A DNA stretch of 64,000 bases from Dicyema japonicum (lineage: Eukaryota > Animalia > Dicyemida): positions 1,337,438 to 1,401,437 of the forward strand of contig RDEW01000012.1 of assembly GCA_011109175.1 (NCBI GenBank), read 5' to 3'. The translations under genes and the position numbers were made by a program. Position 1 is the stretch's first letter; each line of letters starts with the position of its first letter. Positions 1-12,046 of this stretch are shown in pieces. The notes beneath the pieces are model-generated. The model made no database searches and was not told the DNA's origin. It saw only the letters and a list, made by a program, of their open reading frames with translations.

Positions 1-859
1 AATTTGTAAAAGATCTTCATTTTAACAAAAATAATTATAGGCTTGTAATGACGATTGAGGTCATAAACCATACAACACTAGAAAGATGGACAACAATTGC
101 GGAGCCAACTTTTAGTCGGAAAATTTAATACAATCATAATGCGCTTTAATTCCAATTACTCTAAAACTTAAAAATTTTTCTATTTTATTGCAAGCATTTT
201 TTCACAAAAAGCTTTAAATCCAAAATAAATATGTTTAATTGTGTTGAACATTGGATTGTATTGAAATATCGAAGATAAAAAAATTCGTGAATTAAAAGAT
301 TACTTGCAAGTGTCTTGTAGTTACGTATTAAAACTGATGTTTCTCAAATTTAATCTATTGAGAAATATGGAAGAATACTTTATTTTAACATTAAATTGTA
401 TTTTTTTAACCTAATTAAAAACGAAATTCGAGAAATGTTAAAATGTTAATATTTAACTTCGTAATTGAAAAATGGACTAAATTAATTGATTTTTCACTTA
501 TTAAATTAAATTACCTTGTGTGTTGTTATTATGATTGTTAATTTTTTTCAACTTCTTAATTTAATAATTACTCGAATCCATATTTTATTCTTATTAAATT
601 TTAACATTGGAAATTAATACCAATTTACTTTCAATTCTGTTAATGATTTATCGCTAACTAAAAGAAACCATGAGACTCGTTTGGGAAATTGTTACTATAC
701 GTTTGTTTTCAAATATTAGAACAACTTTCGTTTAAATTAAGTTATTAAAAATCATATTATCTATACGATGATATCCAGATCAGAAAATAAATTTTGTATT
801 TTTGACTTCTATTTAATATTGAGATCCATTTTATTCTAAATCTCATATTATACTATTTA

Positions 860-1072
860 TTTGAAGAGTGACGCCGTCATCAGTGGATACTCACTGCGGA
901 ACTGGATTGTCTAGAAAGGACCCACACACAAGAAAAAGAAAAAAAAGAAGTGAAGATCATTCCTTGGTTCTACGATTAGTTAAAATTAAATGTTCTTTAC
1001 TTAAATAAGTGTGTGTCCTGCTTATGCGGAGCTATAGATATTATGGCTCTCGTGAAAAGGCTATTATTATTA
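860..1072 (+). mobile_element. SINE family 1, 5'-truncated copy
   Basis: Matches the reverse complement of 60818-61030; (TAT)n tail; ATTATACTATTT on both flanks (TSD-like). Confidence 0.85.
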
Positions 1073-1288
1073 TACTATTTCTACAGTGAAACATTTTTTT
1101 GTTATCAGATGAGTGCTTTAATATAAAGATATCTTTGTGCAACACCTATCATCCTGTATTTTCAAATGTTGATGAGAAATCAAGTGGTTTGACTATCTTA
1201 TCGCTTGATCTAATTTTCGTACTCTTTTTTTCTAGAACTTGAACCTATTTCTTGACTTTTTAGGTTTAGATTTTATTATCTTATGTTG

Positions 1289-1785
1289 GTTTTTTTTTTT
1301 TTTAAATAAAAATTTATTAAGGTAATTAATAAAAATTAAATTAAGGCATCTGAATGGCCATGCTATTTCCCCTAACAATAGCCAACGAGATACGTTCTCG
1401 GAACCAACCAGTCTCTCGCGGATCCTTGGTCACAGCTAGAATCATGGAGCCGATCTTACGAACCAACTCACCTGCTTGGGGGCCAAGGATTCCTGACGTT
1501 TCCACCGCGAATGGAACAAATAGATACTCCTCCGAAATTCTCTGGTACTTCCTCCTCTTTCGTTCCTCGGCCTGCTTTGAAGCATGTCCTGGGTCCGAAG
1601 CAGAAGCAACCAAATTAGACGGGGAATAAGTATCAACACACGTCGCGTCCTATATCAGGTTTCGTCCGTTGGCAAATGGAAAAGTCGTCATCCCATCAGG
1701 GCGTTTTCCATCGTTTTGGGAAAGACCAGCAGGTTCTAACAGGCAATGGTGTCCAGCAGAGGCAAGGGAATTCTTTAATGTCATG
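1289..1785 (-). mobile_element. CRE-like non-LTR retrotransposon 3' end (RLE endonuclease)
   Basis: EPAGL..DGKRPDG..D.TCVDT followed by AEERKRRKY..FVPFAVETSG.LGP..W.RERISLAIVRGN; poly(A) appears as a T run at 1289-1303. Confidence 0.85.
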
Positions 1786-1799
1786 TTTTTTTTAAATTA

Positions 1800-2957
1800 A
1801 TTTGTTGTCTTCGAATCGTCCACGAAAATTATTCAAACAACAACAGAGCTCCAGATTTTACGAATTCCCAGGAAAATTATTCAAATACGCTCTCTGTAGT
1901 CGAGCAATCTTTTGCGATTTCTGTCAATGTTTGAAACTTTTTGCAATTATTTATCAAATAAAAATTTTTTAAATAATTTAAAAATAATTAAAATTAATAA
2001 AAAATAAGATGTTTTAAATATTGTTATAATATTTTGTTGCATCGTGTAACGATCAACATTCTCGCCTACTACTTCAACAATTTGTGTGAAGTTGACAAAA
2101 TAATGAAACAATTTTCAATTGAACGTGTAAAGTTCGTCTTACTCGTCACAGATGCCGCGAGATATATCAAGTGGGATGAATAAATCTAATTTTAGCTGGA
2201 ATCTCAATGAAATTTTTATATCCAAATCTTTTACGTCACTTTTATTTCACATCTATTACACAATTTTACTCTAAGATTAAAATCCTATTTCACAGATGTT
2301 GATAAATTGAATTCTTCATTAAAAACTTCTACGGTAAAGAACCAAAGACGCTGTGAAATTTTCTCTCCAATAGGAAATCCACATGTGGAAGCTGGTTAAA
2401 AGTAGCCAAATATTATTTCAACAGGCTCATTTAAAAATGTCTAAATTTGAAGATGAAGTTGTAATCAATTTAATCACCTCCTCATTTTTTAAGCCAATGA
2501 ATCAGTTAACATTCTCACTTTGTTTTCAAGTTTAACCGAAATTTGTAAAAATTATTAAGTGTTAATTGAAATGATTTCTAATACTGAACTACTCAGTTGT
2601 TCAATTGAAAAAACCTTATGACGAACTGAACAACATATAATTTTTATCTGATCGGTGTAATATAAAAAATTATACATCAAAAAAGCTTCGAAGAATTCTT
2701 GATTTCTCAAATAAAATCTTTAGCCTGGAATTTACTCATACCTTCAAAATTGTTATGAAAGCTCAGTGTCATTTGAATGAGTGATATCTTTTGACGAAAG
2801 TTCTTACTAAAGATCGTAACTTTAAAACTGAAAATTTCAGGAATATTAAATTTCTTATTAAAATAAGTAATTTAGTTTATTTCTCCTATTCCGATTTTTG
2901 CAATTAAAAAATTTTTTTAAATTTTTATTTAAAAATTTCAATTTTCTGGTTGCCCTA
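1800..2957 (+). mobile_element. Degenerate hAT-like (DUF659/CGGBP1-like) DNA transposon
   Basis: Frameshifted KFVLLVTDAARY..LYPNL..DVDKL..KN.RR..F..IG; terminal GGTTGCCCTA at 2948-2957 is the same TIR as the element at 37298. Confidence 0.7.
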
Positions 2958-3019
2958 TTCATAACATAAATCTCCATTTTATGTATTAATTGTTTCTACA
3001 TAAAAAGACTTAAATCGTG

Positions 3020-3180
3020 TGAGAAAAATCTAAAGACGGGGTACGACCTGGACGAATTGAGATTACTCGCATTCGACAGAGAAAGATGGAAAAGACTAAC
3101 TATAAATATTGTTTCTTTGAGTTTTGCACATGCGGGGATATAAACATTATTGCTTTCGTGAAAGTGCCATAATAATAATA
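3020..3180 (+). mobile_element. RTE LINE 3' end
   Basis: DLDELRLLAFDRERWKRL, then a short 3' UTR and (TAA)n tail. Confidence 0.7.
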
Positions 3181-3199
3181 AATCGTTGTTGATATAGAT

Positions 3200-4335
3200 T
3201 TTTCCATCCGTTCAGCTACGGTTTCTATGATGAATATTCTTTACTAAAAACCCTAAAATCTCCACTAAGCTAATAAGGAAACACGTCCGCTAAACGATTC
3301 TAGTTTATCTTAATAGCCTGCTCAACTTTTTTCAATGTTCCCCATGCGACGTATCACACTTTCTATAAGCTCAGAACACACTGGTGATCAGGTGTACAGT
3401 ATTTGGTCGCCCGTTCACATTAGAAAATCTCAATCGTGTCGGCCGTAACAGAATAGTCGAGAAACGTTAAATTCTCTAGTAAATATCGCTTGAAAATCTG
3501 TGATACTCTTTGTTTGTTGTACATACTTCTAGCTAACTGGTGCATACCGCGTCTATTTCAAAGAAATCTTGTGCCTGTTACCTCTTAAACGGAATTACAC
3601 AATGCTCTTCCCACTCTTCGGCTATATTCAACTTCCACTGATAAGCTATCCGAACTGCAGATGCGCTAGTCTTATCCAATGCGGAAGACTTGATCTGCAC
3701 GGCACAGATAGGAACATTACTTCCGCCTCTGACAGCGTCCAAACACACGTGGATTATTTAGAGTCTTAGTTATTAATCAATCACTTATCCCACTATTCCT
3801 CCATGTGCAGTGTTACAGTATTCACCTGACCCGACTTCCACTAAATACAAAACCGGAGCTTTCGAACAATTATTGGATAGAACAAATTCAAACCGTCCGA
3901 CTACCATTCTCCTAATGTAAGATTACCTTTGATGAGCAACTTCCAATTTTTAATTGAAACGACGGAACAAGACCACCTTTTCAAAATTCTGAAACATACA
4001 AAGAACCGCAGAATGATAATTCCTACCATAGCGAATCTGTTTCGAGAACTGGTAAAAATTCCTCAGTCACCTCCTGATAAATCAAAATCAAAGTCAATAC
4101 AAGACTAAATCTTTACCAAAACCATCCGAAGACCAGTTTGGAACGACATATTGGATGACTTTCTTTACTGTTGGATGACTCAGAGACAAAGAAACAATGA
4201 TGACCAGAACACAATTAAACGACGAATCAAGCGTGTTTTTTACACAGGACAAATTATTATTGATTCTACAAGATGCTTCCCGGAACCTCCGGTGAACATC
4301 TGACTGATAGTGAGGTAGTGGTTAATAACTAACCA
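3200..4335 (+). mobile_element. Degenerate Jockey/I-like LINE 3' part
   Basis: Decayed RT region; inverted homolog of 7805-9240, including the 3' end GGTTAATAACTAAC. Confidence 0.7.
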
Positions 4336-4339
4336 GCAA

Positions 4340-4862
4340 ACTATACTCGTTGCCACTGACTTGAAGTACTTAATTAAAGTTGAACTAGTGCATAATTTAG
4401 AACGTGGAGTGATTTCTGCGTATTAAAGGAAGGTAATTTGATGAAAAGACTTCTGACATTCCATATACAGGTCTTCAAAAAGACAATTCTGTCAAATCTG
4501 GAGGTAGTATGTACTCATATTCACTCAATTTCTTGTTATTTTGTACATATATTTTTATGAAAAGATGAAGTACCACTATTATACAAAATTTCTACTTAGT
4601 TCATATGGAGCGAAATCACTTTCTTTCCTTTCTTTTCATTAACATTGAAGTGGTGACGGCAGGATTTATTGAAAATCCTGAGTGTTAACAATTGAATAAA
4701 GCGTTGCATACACGTAGGATCCGGGCTAAAATCTCATTTAACCAAATATTGAAAGGAATTGGATGATAATCTGCTGTTGGTATAAGATTTTTTCAAAGAT
4801 GATTCTATGCATATAGGTAATAATTGACCGTTTTTATGATAAAATCATATTATTCATTGAAC
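4340..4862 (+). pseudogene. POLA2 3' stub plus 5' end of the Ig-domain gene (inverted copy)
   Basis: GTTGCCACTGACTTGAAGTAC..TTTAGAACGTGGA matches the POLA2 last exons with the intron retained; ATGATTCTATGCAT at 4799 matches the Ig gene start. Confidence 0.75.
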
Positions 4863-4899
4863 ACTATGGAAACTCGTCTACATCCGCCTGATATTGAAT

Positions 4900-5560
4900 A
4901 TGGGAAAACCAAAAAACGACCCGGCATCATTCAGACCGGTATCGTTGCTATCTTCAATGTCAAAAATTCTGGAAAAACTAGTTCTTTAGAAGATCAGAAA
5001 AACAATACCAGAGAAATTATTCCAACACGGATTTAAATCCTTTCACTCGACGGATACCCACCTAATATCCCTGAGTAATTTTATTCGCTCGGGGTTCACC
5101 AACAAACCCAGGCACAAAATGACAATTCTATGTTCTGTAGAGATTCACAAGGCATTCGACTTTATCCCAATAAAAAGACTCACCAGGAAGATCTGTCAGA
5201 CGGATATACCTGGGAATTGCAAACTCTGGCTGGTGAATTTCCTCAATAGACGAAGGGAACTAGTCCGTTTGGGAAACCTACGGTCGAGCTCCCGTTTAAC
5301 TCCAAATGGAATATCCCGAAGATCTCCTCTGTCCCTATACTCTTCAATCTTTTCTTGAATGATATCCAGACTCCGGAGGATGAGGATGACCTTTTTCTGG
5401 CTTATGCAGATGATATTGTTATTGCATTCAGAAACCAAAAAGTTCAGGTCGCCTCGGAGAGATTACAATTACTTGTAAACTACTTAATCTACTAGTTAAA
5501 TAAAATCATTCTGTCGATCAGCCCGAAAAATCGGTTATGTTTTTGGACACTCTTTTAAGA
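4900..5560 (+). mobile_element. Jockey/I-like LINE RT fragment
   Basis: EIHKAFD, SPLS and YADD (5403) motifs, frameshifted. Confidence 0.75.
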
Positions 5561-5689
5561 TTCCAGTCAAAGTCGGAACAGAGGGAAATGCAATGACATT
5601 ACGATCACATACTTAAAAAGATAACTTTTTCTCAACAATAAATAAATGAAATTTTGAATAATATAATAATTGAAGATTACAAGATCGAA

Positions 5690-5762
5690 TTTTTTGTGTT
5701 TTTGAAAATTTAAAATTTTGTGTTTTTGAAAATTTAAATTTTTTGTGTTTTTAAAAATTTAA
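5690..5762. repeat. Three copies of a ~24-bp tandem repeat
   Basis: TTTTGTGTTTTTGAAAATTTAAA repeated. Confidence 0.8.
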
Positions 5763-5869
5763 AATAATAATAATTTTGTTTTCTTAAAAAATTTCTAACT
5801 AGTATTGCAGAAAATGATTGAACACACCAATTTTGTTAATTTTAATAAATCTTGTTAAAGAAAACTAAA

Positions 5870-7365
5870 TTAAGTGTTACAGACTAGTTTGGAGTTCTTT
5901 TTTGTTAAACAAACAACTAAATGATAAAACAATAATAAACCAATCAAAACGATGGAAATAGTAATAACTGAGAATATGGTAACTCCAATAATGATATTTT
6001 TTACTGCTACATAATTACAATTGGATCCTTTATTTGGATGTTTAGCATTAGTTAATATAATTTTGTATATTTTATAATCAAATCCAGAATCATTTTCGTC
6101 AAAACACATTATTTCGACTGACTCGTTGACCATGACAGCAATCAACCTTATATTCCTTACTATTTCTCTCAATTGGTCATTTCCCCTAAACCAATAAATA
6201 GTCGTTGATTCGGGATTCTCAATCTCACATGTTAGAGACATTGTTTTTGTTTTATTTAATAAAATTATTTTTATCTCGTTATTCAAAATTTTTGGTTTTT
6301 CTAATATTATTGTATTAATTATACTCATCAATTTTATAGTGACATTTGTTGAGCTTAAAGATCTCGTTTGCAAACAAAGGGAAACACAGAGAAAGTCTCC
6401 CTCTTTTTCTATGGTAGTTCGTTCAACATTTTTCTGAAATTTAAAAGTGTAAGTTATGGCTGATTCACTTTAGAATAATTAAATTTAAACCAAAAATAGA
6501 ACAAGCAAAACTCTTGTATATGATCTCCTTCGTGCAAAACTATCGGTTCGTCAGGAAATGCTCTGATTACATTTTTAATTAGTGGTGAGCCTTAATATAA
6601 AATAAAAATAAATTTAATATAACTTTAAAACCTGAAATTGTTAGATTAATCTCCTTTGTGATGATTCCGCTGATTTCATGGATGCACTTTATATTTGAAT
6701 TATTCATTATAGAGCTTATGGAAATAAAGACATGTTCTCCTAATTTTTAAATTTATTAGTTTACTTATTAGTTGAATATCCCAGGTGGATTCTTGTAATC
6801 CGTTAATCAAAATTTTAAATTTTTTATCGGGAAACATCTCCAATTTCTTAACACACATGAAAGAAAAATGATCGTTTGGCCGTTTTTGGACAAAAACTGT
6901 GGATTCAGTTGGTTCTAAAATTCATTGATTATACAAACTCAGTTCAATCACTGTAATAGTTGGAGATGTGATAATTCCATTACAACCACTGGACACGCAC
7001 ACATACTGCTCTTTCGATGACACTCGTTCGGTGAATGTAAGAATATTACCCCTCGTAATACTAACTTTTTGATTTAATTCATTGGGGATCTTCCTCCAAT
7101 AAATTCTAGTTTATTGAAATAACGTTACTGAGTTCCGAAATGAGCTTCAGATCTGCACTGCATAGTAAGTCCTGGATAAGAGTAAACTAGTAATCGTAGA
7201 AGTTCTGTGAATCTATGGTCGATTGTGTTCTCGACTAAATAAAGTACTGCGAGTAGTATCATTCACTACAATATACTGCGAAGCATCGATATATTAATAT
7301 TCAATGAATAATATGAATTTATTAGCAAAACTGTCAATTATTATTTACCACATGCATAGAATCAT
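5870..7365 (-). pseudogene. Ig-superfamily type I membrane protein, copy A (frameshifts in the 5' part)
   Basis: Ig-like C..W..YxC motifs (QCRSEAH..IYW..QYVCVS; SLTCEIENP..IYWFRG..IMCF), micro-introns, TM segment IIIGVTIFSVITISIVLIGLLLF and a short basic tail. Confidence 0.65.
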
Positions 7366-7559
7366 ATTAACTAACATCTTTCTGACAAGTTATCTTTCAA
7401 TTTTTGGTTAAATGGGATTTTAACCCAGATCCTTTGTGTATCCAACGCTTCCATCAATTATTAACAACTCCGGATTTCTAGTGCATTTTGAGTCCGTCGT
7501 CAATTTAATGTTCGTCAAAAAAGAAGTAAAGAAAATGTTTTCGCTCAACATCAACTAAG

Positions 7560-7803
7560 TATATATTTCGTGCAATAGTGGATACTTCAGTACATAATAA
7601 ACAATTTATGTGCAAAATAAAAAATCTAGAATTTGAGATAATCTAAGCACACCTCGAGATTGGACATAATCGTGTTTCTGAAGACTAGCATTTGAGAATG
7701 TCAGAAGTCTTTCTTAAAAATTACCCTTCAAGGGTTAATACTCAGACATCTTTTTGACTTGAACACATGTTCAAGTCAGTGGCAAGTGTCAACAAGCATA
7801 GTT
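7560..7803 (-). pseudogene. POLA2 3' stub upstream of Ig copy A
   Basis: GAAGACTAGCAT..GAATGTC and TTCAAGTCAGTGGCAA match 18025-18170. Confidence 0.7.
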
Positions 7804-7804
7804 T

Positions 7805-9240
7805 GTTAGTTAGTTATTAACCACGACCCCACTATCTTGTAAAAAGCAGGCTGTTCTCAGATATCCAGCAGCTTGTGTTGGACGCTTCCACAGGTCTCTG
7901 ATGTTCACGGGAGGTTCCTGGCAAGAGAAAACATCTTGTAGAATCAATGATAATTGGTTCTGTGGAAGAAGCAAAACGCCTAATTCGTGTCTTAATTGTG
8001 CTAAGATCCTCCTTGTTTCTCTGTCGAGGGTAGTCTCCGAGTCATCCACCTGTGGGGGAGTGCCATCCAATAAGTTGTTACAAACCAGTCTTCATTGGTT
8101 TTGGTAGAGATGTAGTTTTTATTGACTTTGTTTTATCGGGAGGTGACTAAGGAATTTTTACCAGTTCACGAAACAGGTTCGCTATTGTAAGAATTATAAT
8201 TCGGCGGTTCTTTGTATGTTTCAGAAAGTGGAAAGGGTGGTCTAGTTCTGTGGTTTCATTTAATAATTGGAGGTTCCTAATACAGAGGTGATCGATCTTC
8301 CACTGGGAGAATGGAGGTGGACGGTTTAAATTTGTTGCATCCAATAATTGTTTGAGAGACTCCATTTTAAACTCTGAAGTTTTAGGATTTTGCAGATTGC
8401 AATGGAAGAGGCCCTGGAAGGGCTCGCGTAGGTTAAGGTGGTCATGATATATTGTTTGTAGATTATTCTGATGTTTCCTTGTATGGGCGAGAGATGGATC
8501 CGACCACCACGCGGAGAGTTCTTTTTCTTGTGTCCTTTGTAGCTACTTGGTCCACGTGGGAGAAGAATGTAGGGTATTAGTCGTCGATTACTCACGATTT
8601 TCGGGTTTTCGAGATAAGGGGCTTCTCCGAAGATTTTTCAGCTATGGTTTTGTGTTTAGCTGGCGTCCTTCGAAGGTGAATACTGTAACGCTAGACTTGA
8701 AAGAGAAGGGGAGAGTTGGTTGATTAATAACCAGGACTCTATATAATCCAAGTGTGTTTGGGGGCTGTCAGAGGCAGAAGTAATGTTTCTAACCTGAGCT
8801 GCGCGGATCAAGTGGTCCGCATAGGACAGGACTAGCGTATCTACCAGTTCAAGTATGTTACTCAGGTGGAAGTTGAATAAAGCCGGAAAGTAGGCAGAGT
8901 CCTATGGAACTCCGTTTAAGGAGGGAGGCGGTAACGGACACTAGATTTCTTTGACATAGACAAGATACGTAGCAGTTTGTAGAGAGGAATGACTTTAGCT
9001 ATTTCTGAAATGCATGGAGGAATACTCTTTGCGTTTATCTTGTTAAAACAAGTGCCGAAAAATTCTATCAAAGCCTTGGAAATGTCGATGGAGTCCAGGA
9101 TAGTGCGGAATGACGATTTATGATTGTTGAATCCATCCGCAATAAAGTCAGTTAACTTGATTTTGGGGGATTGTGTTGAATGCTTTACGCGGAATCCGTG
9201 CTGAGAGTTGGACAAGTTTAAGTGAGGTACATTGTACCCA
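7805..9240 (-). mobile_element. Degenerate Jockey/I-like LINE
   Basis: SQHGFR..ST, DISKA, TLTYASP, ETTLDRETRRILAQLR. Confidence 0.8.
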
Positions 9241-9464
9241 GGAAAAGAATAGTCGGATCCTCTTGATGCCGGCCAGGCATTGGGCGTCTCCTAGAAAAGG
9301 TAGATCCAATGACGCCATCAAAAAAAAGGAAAATAAATTTTTACCGACTAGCTACATAGCACAACATGGTGCCACCCGGCACGTTATAATAAATTTTTTT
9401 TGTGATATAAAATAGAATAAAGAAAAAACCAATATTAGCTATAATTTCTCTAACTTTATAAAAT

Positions 9465-10625
9465 CTGATAAACTTTATTTAACCAACAATAAAAGTTAAT
9501 ATTTATTAATCAACAACCTTCCTCGCCTGCCTGTTCGCCAGCCTCCTCAGGCAGGTTCGATTCTGGTTGCTAAAACAACTCCGAGAGCGCCTTGTCAAAT
9601 TGAACCCTCTGCCCACATGGCATCTCCGGGCTCTGCCTCCTATACTCTAGTGTCAGGCTCTCTAGGGTCCGCTTTAATAAAGTGGACTGTAGATAAGCCT
9701 GGAGCTTCCTATCTACCCCAACTGCTTCAGATAACCCTGTGGTACTTTGTTGCAATTCCTTCCCAATTCATTACCATTGGAATAACGAGGACCTTGCAAC
9801 CAAGCATCTGCCCCATCTCGTTTGTAAGCAAGTCATACTTCCTTTTTTTCTCCACCTCCACAGTCTGCAAACGGTCTTGAGACGTGATGTCAACCTCTAT
9901 GATAAGGAATTGGCCAGACTCCTTATCGTGTACCACAATGTCTAGTTTATTGTGCTTGACTAGCACCAAGGTACGAATAACACTGTCACTTAATTTGGAC
10001 CTGGTGTTCTCCACTACAGATTGCACCTTAGCAACTTTCTGGTGTGACAAATACCATACTTATTGCATAGTAGAAGATGAAGACTCCTTACTACCTCGTT
10101 ATGCCTCCACACATAGTAGTGGCAGAGCATGGATCCGCACCGAGTGGCTAAATGATCAACTTGACTTACAATGGGGACATGTATTTGTTGATCGACTCCG
10201 AAAGATATTGGGTCTTGCATATATGTGTACATCGCCTTCGATCGAGGTGAGTTGTCACCGTATTTTACCCATTTTTTCGACGACTTAAGGTCGACATGTG
10301 GGTTGTCCAATGCTCTGAAGAGGACCTTATGAAAGCTCTTTAAGTTGATCTTTTCCATCAAATTATTATATTGTAATTCGACAACGCCTTCACATTTACT
10401 AGTCCATTATCATAAATATCACACTTAGCAGACAAAAAAGGTCTGATGGTGCCTAGGTGGGTTGCCCGTGTTTTCTCGGTCGTTATTATGTCGTGCTTCC
10501 TAGCAGACACACTTGACCCAGCTATCAGGGTGTCGTGTATTCGCATTAGGATACGCTCACTTAGTTGGACTACTCCACATAGTCCACGGACGACTTTATC
10601 ATGGGGTAAATTAGTCTCTCCTTAT
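9465..10625 (-). mobile_element. R4/Dong-like RLE non-LTR element, 3' part
   Basis: CCHC finger (CPHC..VDHLATRC), RHNEVV, HNKLDIVV..IIEVDIT..EVEKKRKYDLL; 3' end shared with 42995 and 54640. Confidence 0.85.
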
Positions 10626-10744
10626 TGGCTGCCAGCACATGGCAATGTCTGCTGGCAGGTCGTAAAGGAAAAGGTTGAATAGAGTAGGGGACAAAGGCGA
10701 ACCTTGGGGCACTTCGTTTGGTAGTAAACGTGATCGTGATCTGA

Positions 10745-11057
10745 GGTGGCCATGTGGTGCTTAGTGGCTAGTTGGTTGAAGTTTCTGTTTGATCGTCTGT
10801 TCCTCCACTCTTTTCCTATTAGAGTGGCGTCATGTGATCCACCTGTTTAGGTGGCGCCCAGTGCCACGCCGGCAAAAAGGATAATTTGATCTCCCCCACT
10901 CCACTGGAGGGGTTTCCACAACTGCAAGTATGGACGTCTTTTACACTTTATGTTGATTCGGGATGGACTCTGTTTCTGTGGAAGTGGAAACTGGATACAC
11001 TTAATTAGTTGTTTACTTTATCTTCTTTCTCGATGTATCCGGGATTAATAAATAAAA
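10745..11057 (+). mobile_element. SINE-like family 2
   Basis: Non-coding repeat with GGAAACTGGATACACTTAA and CCGGGATTAATAAATAAA tail; also at 14375-14940 and 35310-35478 (-). Confidence 0.65.
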
Positions 11058-11069
11058 TACAAGAGTAAA

Positions 11070-11290
11070 ATCAAATGAACTAATTTCTTGATTCTGACGC
11101 ATTCCATAAGAACCATCACCAAAGAAAAGTGATTCAGAGGACTTGTCTGGGGAGCTGAGGTCGATTCCACAACTCGTCGCCAGTAACGAAATTGTCTCCC
11201 GGTGGAATGAATAATTGGATCCCTTTGAATGCCGGCCAGGCATTTGGCGTCTCCTTAGTAAGGTGATTCCAATTACGTCGTCAGAAAAAA
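11070..11290 (-). repeat. Unclassified dispersed repeat (probable retroelement 3' end)
   Basis: Homologous to 9255-9330, 29230-29400 and 60580-60745. Confidence 0.55.
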
Positions 11291-11968
11291 ACTTTGACAA
11301 CAGTAAATATCTCACTGCGGAAAGAAAAAATCGCTTCCTTACCAATAAAAATCTCCCCTCGTTGAGAAAACTAAGTTATAATAACTGTTTTCATTATAAA
11401 AATAAAATGTGTGTCTTGCACATGCGAAAGTATAAGTATTATGGCTCTCGTCAAAGTGTTGCTTCTTTTGTAGTTAAAGAAATTTGACATAATGACAAAA
11501 AATGGTCAAAATTTTGAATTTATTAAGTCAAAAAATGTACATTTGCTTAACCGCTAATTGAATATTGATTATTTTTGATTTCGACCGCAAGATAAGCATT
11601 ATGAGTACTTTCACCAGAGCCATATTACTTATAGCTCCGTGTGTGAGGCAACAGATATAATTTTAGATGTCAATATCTTTTACTACTCCCAATCGTTATC
11701 TAGTGATTTCAATAAATCGAGGTTGTCTGCTGATTTCAACGAATTTAGGTTCAGAAATAAATATTAGTTGGAAAATCGTATTCATTGTACGTTTTCGATG
11801 CTTCCAATAAAAGTCTTTTAGATATTTTCCCACCCTTCACATGTTTCACATGTGTGCGAAAACATCATACATTCAAGCCATCGCTGCGTATCCTACTCGA
11901 CCAGACATCTGATGTAACTCTGGTATTATATGTAAGTAGTTTAAGACGTAAACATCATATTATATCTT

Positions 11969-12046
11969 CTTTTTAAACATTTTCTTTGTTTGCTAGCCAA
12001 ACAAGAAACTTTTTAAACATTTTCTTCGTTTGGTAGCCAAACAAGG
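11969..12046. repeat. Two copies of a ~40-bp tandem repeat
   Basis: CTTTTTAAACATTTTCTT.GTTTG.TAGCCAAACAAG twice. Confidence 0.8.

Noticed and set aside
1354-1629. Plus-strand ORFs over retroelements (also 9884, 25872, 40821)
   Set aside because: They are antisense shadows of transposon coding sequence.
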